Part shown: positions 29,411 to 37,098 of the stretch, piece after piece
Layout: each line of letters begins with the position of its first letter
Position numbering within the stretch: the stretch's first letter is position 1
Assembly (NCBI RefSeq): GCF_000731955.1
Contig: NZ_JNCK01000001.1
Location: 624,676-664,675, forward strand
Origin: Halomonas zincidurans B6
Lineage (GTDB): Bacteria > Pseudomonadota > Gammaproteobacteria > Pseudomonadales > Halomonadaceae
Direction of reading: 5' to 3'
DNA length: 40,000 nt
Position numbers and translations under genes: made by a program
The notes under the pieces: generated by a model
The model's input: the letters and a program-made list of their open reading frames with translations, nothing else
Told to the model about the DNA's origin: nothing
Database searches by the model: none

Positions 29411-30664
29411 CTATTCCAGGTCCTCGAAGAGCCGGTTCTGCTGTTTTTTCTGCTCGGTAGAGACCTGTTCCTGAGCCTTGGGATCCATGAAATAAAGCGT
29501 CACGTAGCCCCCCGCGCCTCGATTGAAAATAGGCCGCATGGTCTCGAGAAATTGGGTCAGGCGAGGATTGTTGAAACGTGCCAGGTAAATTTCCATCCAA
29601 GCTAGATATTGATCATCCTTGAGGAATCCCATGTATTGCTCCTGGGGCGCCAGATCACCTAGCTTCGAGGGATCCACGATGACATCGATGGCAAAGTTGA
29701 CGGCATCGCGGATGGTATTCCCATCAATCTCAAGATTGAAAATATCATACCCTTGGCGAGCGATTATCTGCATATTGGGGATAAGCCAGAGCAGGGCGTA
29801 GTTCTGATAGTGAACGGCACGCCGGCCACGCTTCATTTCCAGCGGAAAGGCACCTTCCTCGGTCATGTCGTTCAGCGCCGAATACACGGCACTGACGCCG
29901 AAGCGAAATAACTCATCGTCATCGGTAAGCACACCTACCATCGTGGCGTATAGCGCGCGACGATAGAAATGGTTGTTGCAACAGCTGTTGTTAGGCTGAC
30001 CGGGGATAGCCTTGTGTTGATAGGCTAATCGCTTGAGCCAGTCGTTGATCCGTTGTTTCTGTTCTGCCATGCCATCCACAGCCCCTCTTACCACTGAATA
30101 AGCCTCGGCGGCGGAGAAAATCATTGACTCGGTGGCAAACCAGGCCTGCGGCTTCGCTGAATCGTAATAGAACTTCATGAGCGCATCGCTGCGGGCCCAC
30201 TTGTCGAGAAACCGGATCAGACATTCGCCATAGTAGATATCGCCGCTGGCCACATAGGAGCCGGCAAGCTTGGCGACGGTTTTCTCGAATTCAAATAGTG
30301 GGCTGGATATTTCACGCCATGCCTTGGGGCTGGGATAAAAGCCTGGGATTCGAATCTTTGTATCCAGCGGTGGAATCTCCAGCAATTGCCGGCAACTGGG
30401 CCCCGTTGAAAGCCTTTCGATCTGCGTCAGCAGCAACGGATTGTCGGTCCTCTGAAGAAGCTCCATGCGTTCTTGAACGTCGAAGTAAGAGGCATTCGGG
30501 CGGGTCACCGTGTACTCTGATAAATCGAGTTTCTGGCGCTCCTTGATCGACATCGCCTGGGTGGAGGCGGCCCATACCATTAGCAGGATCGTAACCATCA
30601 TCAGTAATGGGCCAAGGGGCTGACGAGGTCTTGTGTGTTGGCGAACTTCATTCATGGCGGACAT
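29411..30664 (-). CDS. PL5-family (AlgL-like) polysaccharide lyase, secreted/periplasmic
   Basis: A signal peptide is present (LLMVWAASTQA). The alginate_lyase-type motifs are SCCNNHFYRRALY (compare NNHSYW in AlgL) and EMKRGRRAVHYQNYALLWL. The start is ATG 30664 or 30655. Confidence 0.75.
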   Translation of the reverse strand: MSAMNEVRQHTRPRQPLGPLLMMVTILLMVWAASTQAMSIKERQKLDLSEYTVTRPNASYFDVQERMELLQRTDNPLLLTQIERLSTGPSCRQLLEIPPLDTKIRIPGFYPSPKAWREISSPLFEFEKTVAKLAGSYVASGDIYYGECLIRFLDKWARSDALMKFYYDSAKPQAWFATESMIFSAAEAYSVVRGAVDGMAEQKQRINDWLKRLAYQHKAIPGQPNNSCCNNHFYRRALYATMVGVLTDDDELFRFGVSAVYSALNDMTEEGAFPLEMKRGRRAVHYQNYALLWLIPNMQIIARQGYDIFNLEIDGNTIRDAVNFAIDVIVDPSKLGDLAPQEQYMGFLKDDQYLAWMEIYLARFNNPRLTQFLETMRPIFNRGAGGYVTLYFMDPKAQEQVSTEQKKQQNRLFEDLE

Positions 30665-30691
30665 GGCGACTCATTGTCGAAATGGCGAAAC

Positions 30692-30711
30692 GGCTGAACG
30701 ATCGTTCAGCC
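30692..30711 (-). terminator. Perfect 20-bp palindrome overlapping the jelly-roll lyase stop codon (possible internal attenuator)
   Basis: GGCTGAAC-gatc-GTTCAGCC forms an 8-bp stem. On the minus strand it is followed by GTTTCGCCATTTCG. Confidence 0.35.
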
Positions 30712-31623
30712 CCGGTCAGCGTAAACACGGAAATCGGCAAAATCGGCATGCTGGTCCCTGGGCGTACGCCACCCCTTGCCGTTACCGCCGAAGAAGGTAG
30801 AAAACATCAGCCCGTCAGCATACACATCGCTCTGCCGGCGATAGACGATGCCTCGTTGCTCGAGGATCGGTTCTCCGTCGACCCATACCCGAGCGATCCC
30901 GTTGTCGCTATCGGGATCGTTGAGGATGACTTCCTGTTCGAGAGTGACCCACTCGCCGGTTGGAAAACGCCAGAGTCCACGCCCGACCGACTTGCCGTAA
31001 TCGTTGTCCTCGTCCTTGTTGACGACGTACTCGTAGAGCTCGCCCTGGCCGTTCTTGCGCCACATGAAGCGCATCGAAAAGCCGTCACCGGTCACTTCGT
31101 CGCCACCGCTGGGCGCTTGACCGCCATAGAGTCCCGGTAGTTTGCCACCCTTGACGAAATCGAAGTCCTCGGGAAAGCGAACCTTGTACTGCAGGCATGC
31201 CCGCTCTGCATTGCTGAGTGCTGGCAGGGTTGCATAGAAGCCGGCGCCACCGGTTTCGGTGTCGCTGGGCGCCGATGTGCCCTTGGGATAGCTGACCCGA
31301 AACCCGCGTTCTCCGATGCCGGTCTGGCTGGCATCGAGCACTTCGATGTTCTTCTCCGTGCCCCAGTCGTCGTTGGTGCCAAAGGCCTGGCGAACCGCAC
31401 GCTTGCCGTCTTCGACCTGGGGAGGCTCGACGTCGGCCGCCAGCGAGTAACGTTGCGAGCAGGGAGCCACCTGGGGCACCGGTAGCGGGGCCTTGTCTTG
31501 TTCATCGTCACCGGCCAGTACGCCCGGAGTGGCGAATAGCAAGGCCAACGGCAGAGCGAGGCCCGCGGAAAGCGGGTGAATCCGGTGAACTGACCGATGG
31601 CTGTGAGTCACGCGGGTAAACAT
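30706..31623 (-). CDS. Secreted beta-jelly-roll polysaccharide lyase (Pfam Polysacc_lyase PF14099-like)
   Basis: The start is ATG 31623, preceded by AAGGAGA. A signal peptide is present (LALPLALLFATPGVLAG). The core reads GGAGFYA...FVKGGKLPGLYGG...GFSMRFMWR...GEWVTLEQEV...ARVWVDG, which I recognise as the ConA-like lyase family. Family assignment needs an HMM search. Confidence 0.6.
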   Translation of the reverse strand: MFTRVTHSHRSVHRIHPLSAGLALPLALLFATPGVLAGDDEQDKAPLPVPQVAPCSQRYSLAADVEPPQVEDGKRAVRQAFGTNDDWGTEKNIEVLDASQTGIGERGFRVSYPKGTSAPSDTETGGAGFYATLPALSNAERACLQYKVRFPEDFDFVKGGKLPGLYGGQAPSGGDEVTGDGFSMRFMWRKNGQGELYEYVVNKDEDNDYGKSVGRGLWRFPTGEWVTLEQEVILNDPDSDNGIARVWVDGEPILEQRGIVYRRQSDVYADGLMFSTFFGGNGKGWRTPRDQHADFADFRVYADRG

Positions 31624-31701
31624 GCTTGTCTCCTTGACGGCCAGGCCGACATTGCTGCGGGCATGGCGTCGGTTAGGCGACATCCGACTGCGAGGATGCC
31701 G

Positions 31702-33288
31702 TTAACTGGCGGCGGCGGTCTCGGCCTGATCGTCGCTATCATCGAAGACCTGGTTGAAGACCTTATTGAAGAGCTGCTCGGCCTGTTGATACACGGCGCG
31801 ACCACCCTGCCAGACCCACTCCACGGTGGCATCGACAATAGGTGCTTCGCTGAAGCGTACGTCCACCGGGACGCCGACGGCGCTCGCCGGCAACGGCTCT
31901 TCGGGCACGAGCAGGACGCTGGCGACGTTCTGCTGCTGACGTACCCAATTGGGGAAGCCGGCGCGAGGCTGGCGTTCAACATCCAGCGACACGGTGCGCA
32001 CCTGGGCCTGGATCGGCTCGGAGGCGTTGGGTAGCGCGATGTACGCCGTCTGGCGAGGCTCGATACGGCCGATATCATTCATATGCACCAGCGCCTCGAC
32101 CATGACATCGTTCTGCCCGGTCTTGATCAGCGTCATGATGCGTTCGCTCTTGTTGATATAGGTGCCGCCGGAACTGCTGCGGGCCCAGGCCACCAGGCAG
32201 TCGCAGGGACTGTAGGTGACATTGGCAGACATCCGCGATTGCAATGCATCGATACGCGAACGCTGATAATCGCGGGACATTTCGAACTGGTTGATACGGA
32301 TGCGAGCAACTTCAGCCGGCACGCTTTCGAAGTTGGCTGCTGAGCTCGAAGGGCCCGAACTGCCGCTGGGCATGTATACCTGGTTGGCGCCGGGGGAATC
32401 GATACGCGCCTGCAGATTCTTGATCAGCTGGTTGTTGTAGTTGAGAGAAGCCTTGGCCAAGATGAGGTCGGTCTTGAGTTGGCTATTCTTGACCCGTACC
32501 AGCTTCTGGTCGCGTTGGACCTTGTCGCCGGCTTGAAAGTCGTGCGGGGCGAGTATTCCCGAGCCCGGTGCGCGAATATCGATGCGCGGCGCGGTTACCG
32601 CAGCGAAATCGGGCTCGATGAGAAAGAAGTTGCGATAGGCGGTCGCCGTGATTACCGCCAGTAACAGCACTGCAGCCAGTGCCAGCGCCATGTAGCGTCC
32701 CCAATACTTGCGCTCGCGAGGCTTTCTTTGCGCCACGCTGGTAGTTTGACGCTTGCGTGGGGTCTGGGGGTCTTCCGTGGCGACCAGGCTTTCCACGGAG
32801 GCATGATTGCCGCTCAGGTGAGCGCGGATGACTCGCCGGAGCAGTTCGCGGTGACGCCGTGCGATACGGGTGATCTCGAAGGCGATCTCGTACTGCTTGT
32901 CGCGCCGCCGGCCTGCGTCGCGCAGCACCTTGGCATCGACGGGCACGATGAGCTCCGCTGCGCCGGCAACCAGCAATAGCGAAGCCGATACGACCTTGCC
33001 TTCCTCGATGGGCTTGTCGCTATACACAGAGAAGCCCCCGAGTGACAGGTCATGCCCGGGCAGGGTGGTGTCGTCAGCGAAACGTACCTGAAAAGGCGCA
33101 TCGACACGCACATGGCGGCGTTCGTCGCGCCGCTCGTGGCCCAGCTGGCTATCTCGGGCGATCTGCTCGTCATGCTCGTCGTGCATTTTGGTCGAATGCC
33201 ACTCGCCATCCCGGTCAGGCCGGGATGGCGTGTCCTGTCCGTCGAGGGTCGGCTCTCTTCTGGAATCACGCGTATTGTCATCGCTCAT
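31702..33288 (-). CDS. Alg44-like co-polymerase: PilZ (c-di-GMP receptor) domain, one TM segment and a HlyD/membrane-fusion periplasmic domain
   Basis: An RBS AAGGAG precedes ATG 33288. The PilZ motifs are RDERR (RxxxR) and DLSLGG (DxSxxG). The TM segment is YMALALAAVLLLAVITATAY. The HlyD-like region reads IDIRAPGSGILAPHDFQAGDKVQRDQKLVRV and beyond. Confidence 0.75.
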   Translation of the reverse strand: MSDDNTRDSRREPTLDGQDTPSRPDRDGEWHSTKMHDEHDEQIARDSQLGHERRDERRHVRVDAPFQVRFADDTTLPGHDLSLGGFSVYSDKPIEEGKVVSASLLLVAGAAELIVPVDAKVLRDAGRRRDKQYEIAFEITRIARRHRELLRRVIRAHLSGNHASVESLVATEDPQTPRKRQTTSVAQRKPRERKYWGRYMALALAAVLLLAVITATAYRNFFLIEPDFAAVTAPRIDIRAPGSGILAPHDFQAGDKVQRDQKLVRVKNSQLKTDLILAKASLNYNNQLIKNLQARIDSPGANQVYMPSGSSGPSSSAANFESVPAEVARIRINQFEMSRDYQRSRIDALQSRMSANVTYSPCDCLVAWARSSSGGTYINKSERIMTLIKTGQNDVMVEALVHMNDIGRIEPRQTAYIALPNASEPIQAQVRTVSLDVERQPRAGFPNWVRQQQNVASVLLVPEEPLPASAVGVPVDVRFSEAPIVDATVEWVWQGGRAVYQQAEQLFNKVFNQVFDDSDDQAETAAAS

Positions 33289-33324
33289 GTATTGCTCCTT
33301 GTCCGGTATTCGTATCCGTACGCT

Positions 33325-35262
33325 TCAGTCCTGGCGGGACGCGAGCCTGACGTTCATGTCGCTCAGGGTGACTGTGCCAAGAATGGTTTGCAGTTCGCAG
33401 GGTGCTTCGGTCCTACAGTCGAACTGCCTGGCATCGGCCAGGATCTGGCCATCATTGGCTTGCAGGTTTGCAGCGAGAGCCGGGCTCAAGTGGAGCACCG
33501 TCGGCCGCTCGCCGCCATGACCCTTGATTAGTGAAGAGCGTATTTCACCCAGTTCGAAAAGTTTCTCGGTCAGCTGAGAGCCGACGTACAGATTGCCTGC
33601 GGACAACTGCACTTGGCCGCCTTCTGGGGCATCGGCCAGCGCCAGCGCTAGCCAACCACCATCGTCGCCGGCGTCGCCGCGTTCGGGGTCGCTGAACTGC
33701 TGTTCGCTTTCGTCCCCCATGACTTCCAGCGTCACCCGGTCGGGCGGTGCGACCACCCCAACGAAAATGGCTAGCGCCAGGAGCATGCTGCCGAGATACA
33801 CGCTGTGCATGAAATGGCTCATGCGTCGTTGACGTCTGGCGGCCTTGGGGTCGTCGGGCTCGCCGGCGGAAATCCCTTGACGCGACCAGGATTGACGATT
33901 GAAGCGAAAGCTGACGTAGGTCTTGAGCAGCGCGCCGCCGATCTGGTTGTAATAAAGCAGAGGAATCCAGAGCAGGCTGATACGACCCCGCTGCAAGGCC
34001 AGTACGCACGTCGCCACACTGCGTGTGAAGAAGATCCACAGCAGGTAGGCGAAGATGAACGATGGCCGCACGAACAGGGTCAGCATGATCGCCACCGTGG
34101 GCCCGATCAGCGTCGTCCACATCGACAGGCGCTGATCGACCAGACTCCACCAGGTGAACAACCCCATGCGCTTGGGGCCCAAGGCGATGGCTCGGCCACT
34201 GGTGCGCAGCATATTGCCGTACCACCGACGCATCAGGTCGATAGTGGACTTGAAGAAGCGGTCCTTGTCGGGAAGCTCCTCGAAGCCGGCCACGTACACG
34301 TCCGGAATATAGAGCATCTTCCAGCCGTTCTTGAGCAGCCAGTACCAGGTCGACTTGTCATCGCCGGAGAGAAACTTGAAGTTGCCAAAGCGCCAGTGCT
34401 CGACATGGTCGTTTTCGACCAGATCGATGAAATCGGGATTGGTGGCAAGTTCGGCGCGAAAGGCGCTGTAACGGCCGGTCAGTACCAGCAGCCGCTCGGA
34501 AACTGCCATCGAGCTCATGACCAGATGGCGCTGCGCGTAACGCAGGTCGTACCACTCCTTGGTAACGTCGCCGCCGTTGACTATCGAACGATTGTTGGTG
34601 GTCAATGCCCCCAGGTCGTCCTGCGCCAGGAAAAAGGAGAGTGAGCGTGGAAGCGTGCCCGGCTCGATCTCGATATCGCCGTCCATAGTTATCAATAACG
34701 AGCGGTGGCTGGGCATGCGGCGCGAGATCGCGCGCAGCACCTCGGCCATTGCCGAGCGCTTGCCGTCACCCTTCTGAAACATGTAACTGACTTCGACGTT
34801 TTGCGGCCAGCCGTTTTCCGCCATTACATGATCGATGACATCGACGTCGCTGCGGTCCGAGATCGCCGCGAAGATCGTCGTCGGCACGCCATAATCCCGC
34901 GCTTCACGTATCAGCGCATCGTAGACCGAGAACGAAACCTCCGGTTCGATGCGAAAGGACGTGCAAAGCACATAAAGCGCATCGGGACGTTGAGTCGCTC
35001 CGGCCGCATCGGCCTTTTGCCGCAATTGCGGGAACACATGGCGGTTGAACCAGACCGAGCGCACGGCTTGGGTAAACCACCATGAATAGCGCCAAGCGCC
35101 GACTACGCCGATCGCGAGGATGAAGCTCTTGGAGTTGGGCGAGAAGACTTCCGGTGGCAGCTCGAAGACGAGCACCACCAGAACAGAGAGCATGAACAGC
35201 AGTGTCGTTACCTCGGTAACACGACTGGCCGTCGAACCCTTGCTGTGCTTGTTCAGCGACAT
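33325..35262 (-). CDS. Alg8-like processive family-2 glycosyltransferase (polysaccharide synthase) with a ~138-aa extra C-terminal domain
   Basis: The start is ATG 35262 (MSLNKH), preceded by GGAAGG. The track ORF start at 35394 would overlap ugd. GT2/Alg8-type motifs are ITMDGD, LTGRYSAFR, FLSGDDKSTWYW and LMRRWYGNMLR. TM segments flank the catalytic domain. Confidence 0.75.
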   Translation of the reverse strand: MSLNKHSKGSTASRVTEVTTLLFMLSVLVVLVFELPPEVFSPNSKSFILAIGVVGAWRYSWWFTQAVRSVWFNRHVFPQLRQKADAAGATQRPDALYVLCTSFRIEPEVSFSVYDALIREARDYGVPTTIFAAISDRSDVDVIDHVMAENGWPQNVEVSYMFQKGDGKRSAMAEVLRAISRRMPSHRSLLITMDGDIEIEPGTLPRSLSFFLAQDDLGALTTNNRSIVNGGDVTKEWYDLRYAQRHLVMSSMAVSERLLVLTGRYSAFRAELATNPDFIDLVENDHVEHWRFGNFKFLSGDDKSTWYWLLKNGWKMLYIPDVYVAGFEELPDKDRFFKSTIDLMRRWYGNMLRTSGRAIALGPKRMGLFTWWSLVDQRLSMWTTLIGPTVAIMLTLFVRPSFIFAYLLWIFFTRSVATCVLALQRGRISLLWIPLLYYNQIGGALLKTYVSFRFNRQSWSRQGISAGEPDDPKAARRQRRMSHFMHSVYLGSMLLALAIFVGVVAPPDRVTLEVMGDESEQQFSDPERGDAGDDGGWLALALADAPEGGQVQLSAGNLYVGSQLTEKLFELGEIRSSLIKGHGGERPTVLHLSPALAANLQANDGQILADARQFDCRTEAPCELQTILGTVTLSDMNVRLASRQD

Positions 35263-35359
35263 GGCAAACCTTCCATGACTGGCGATGGCGGGCTGCTGGC
35301 GTTGGCACGATGCGAGAAGCATTGCCCGTTCCGCTAGCAGTACAGGGAAGCGATGGCCA

Positions 35360-36709
35360 TCAAGTTGTCTGGCGTGGCTGCAACGAGTCGCCACGACCCA
35401 TAGCGAAATACAGCAGTCCGGCTGATTTCACACTTTGCGGATCGAAGAGGTTACGGCCATCGATGATGACCGGGGTGCGCAGGGTGGCGGCGATATGCCC
35501 GAAATCCACGGCGCGGAAGGCTTTCCATTCGGTACAGATAACCAGGGCATCGGCGCCTTCGAGTGTGTCGTCGCGGCGTTCGCAGTAGCTCAGGTCGTTG
35601 CGTTCGCCATAGATGCGCCGGCATTCGTCCGTTGCCTCTGGGTCGAAGGCTTGCACCCGTGCGCCGGCCGCCCACAAGGCTTCCATCAGGGTACGACTCG
35701 GCGCCTCGCGCATATCGTCGGTATTGGGCTTGAACGCCAGCCCCCACAAGGCGATGGTCTTGCCGGCAAGGTCGCCATCGAAAGCCTGTTCGAGCTTCTG
35801 GAACAGCTTGCTCTTCTGGCGCTTGTTGACGGCTTCGACAGCACTCAGCAGCTCGGCCTTGTAGCCGATGTCCGCGGCGGTGCGGCCGAGCGCCTGAACG
35901 TCCTTGGGGAAGCACGAACCGCCGTAGCCGCAGCCGGGATAGATGAAGTGATAGCCGATACGCGGATCGCTGCCGATGCCGTGGCGAACGTCCTCGATGT
36001 CGGCGCCCAGGCTTTCCGCCAGGTTGGAAATCTCGTTCATGAAGCTGATCTTGGTGGCCAGCATGGCGTTGGCCGCGTACTTGGTCAGCTCGGCGCTGCG
36101 CACGTCCATGAACATCAGCTTTTCATGGTTGCGATTGTACGGCGCGTAGCATTCGCGCATCGCCTTGACGACCCGCTCGGAATCGGTGCCGACGATGATG
36201 CGTGCGCCCTGGGAGAAGTCCTGGACGGCAGCGCCTTCCTTGAGGAACTCGGGGTTGGAGCACACATCGAAGGCCAAATCCAGGCCCCGCTCGTCGAGCA
36301 CCCGCCGGACGGTTGCGGTGACCTTGTCGGCGGTACCCACCGGAACGGTGGACTTGTCGACGATGACCTTGGGCTCGCACATGTGCTGGGCGATGGTTTC
36401 GGCGACCTTGAGCACGTACTTGAGGTCGGCGCTGCCGTCTTCGTCGGCGGGGGTGCCGACGGCGATGAACTGCAGCTTGCCGAACGCAACGGCCTCGGTG
36501 GCATCGGTGGTGAAGCGCAGCCGGCCGGCACGCATGTTGGTGGCGATCATCGGCTCGAGGCCGGGCTCGTAGATGGGCACCTCGCCGCGATTGAGGCGGG
36601 CGATCTTGTCGGCGTCGACGTCGACGCAGACGACTTCATGGCCGACATCGGCCAGGCAGGTTCCGGTCACAAGACCGACATAACCGGATCCAAAGATGGT
36701 TATCTTCAT
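35360..36709 (-). CDS. ugd: Nucleotide-sugar 6-dehydrogenase, UDP-glucose 6-dehydrogenase type
   Basis: [32 protein letters not shown]...IYEPGLE and the catalytic [14 protein letters not shown] resemble Ugd/UdgA rather than AlgD (MRISIFGLGYVGAV..., GGSCLPKD). An RBS GGAGAGG lies upstream. Confidence 0.8.
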   Translation of the reverse strand: MKITIFGSGYVGLVTGTCLADVGHEVVCVDVDADKIARLNRGEVPIYEPGLEPMIATNMRAGRLRFTTDATEAVAFGKLQFIAVGTPADEDGSADLKYVLKVAETIAQHMCEPKVIVDKSTVPVGTADKVTATVRRVLDERGLDLAFDVCSNPEFLKEGAAVQDFSQGARIIVGTDSERVVKAMRECYAPYNRNHEKLMFMDVRSAELTKYAANAMLATKISFMNEISNLAESLGADIEDVRHGIGSDPRIGYHFIYPGCGYGGSCFPKDVQALGRTAADIGYKAELLSAVEAVNKRQKSKLFQKLEQAFDGDLAGKTIALWGLAFKPNTDDMREAPSRTLMEALWAAGARVQAFDPEATDECRRIYGERNDLSYCERRDDTLEGADALVICTEWKAFRAVDFGHIAATLRTPVIIDGRNLFDPQSVKSAGLLYFAMGRGDSLQPRQTT

Positions 36710-36911
36710 AAGTCACCTCTCCATGGTGTTTGATTTTTGCCGCTACCGAGCGGATGGCATGCACGCCTTGTCCGTTACGTGAGCGAGCGCGTCAGGCTGA
36801 CTGTCTATCCCTTGTGCGAATGCGAGCATTCGGCAGTGCCGACGTATAATTTCTTGCTGGCTCTCGGCTATCGAGGTTGGCTATCGATCCAGGCCGGCAT
36901 GCCAGTCTTCT

Positions 36912-36940
36912 ATTCTTAGTCTCCTAAATTAGCCTTTCAA
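36912..36940 (-). promoter_or_regulatory. Candidate sigma70-type promoter for the ugd-led operon
   Basis: On the minus strand the sequence reads TTGAAA-N17-AAGAAT (-35 at 36940-36935, -10 at 36917-36912). This would give a 5' UTR of about 195 nt. Confidence 0.35.
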
Positions 36941-37000
36941 TTCAGCGGGTAATGTTTTGTAACCTGTAAGTTACGGCCTCTAGCCTAGGAAAAGCTGGCT

Positions 37001-37030
37001 CCAACGTCAAAACCTGACGTTGGTTTTTTT
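37001..37030 (+). terminator. Orphan plus-strand Rho-independent terminator in the ugd / Rrf2 divergent intergenic region
   Basis: The hairpin CCAACGTCA-aaacc-TGACGTTGG is followed by TTTTTTT. No plus-strand gene ends upstream of it. Confidence 0.7.
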
Positions 37031-37069
37031 CGAATACACTGTTCGAAAATGTCCGATAGTCTCCCTGTC

Positions 37070-37098
37070 TTCACAGTCAGCGCATATAGGACTAAAAT
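37070..37098 (+). promoter_or_regulatory. Candidate sigma70 promoter of the Rrf2-sufBCD operon
   Basis: TTCACA-N17-TAAAAT ends 35 nt upstream of ATG 37133. Confidence 0.45.

Noticed and set aside
26590-36709. Labelling the locus simply as an alginate (alg) operon
   Set aside because: Only the Alg8-, Alg44-, AlgL- and AlgK-like parts are present. The committed-step enzyme looks like Ugd rather than AlgD. AlgE, G, X, I, J, F and A are absent, and an unrelated lyase is added. The alginate label would over-interpret the homology.
36737-36919. A 60-aa plus-strand ORF in the ugd / Rrf2 intergenic region
   Set aside because: It has no RBS and no recognisable motif, and it overlaps the predicted promoter and 5' UTR of the ugd operon. 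If this region is transcribed on the plus strand, a non-coding RNA is more likely.
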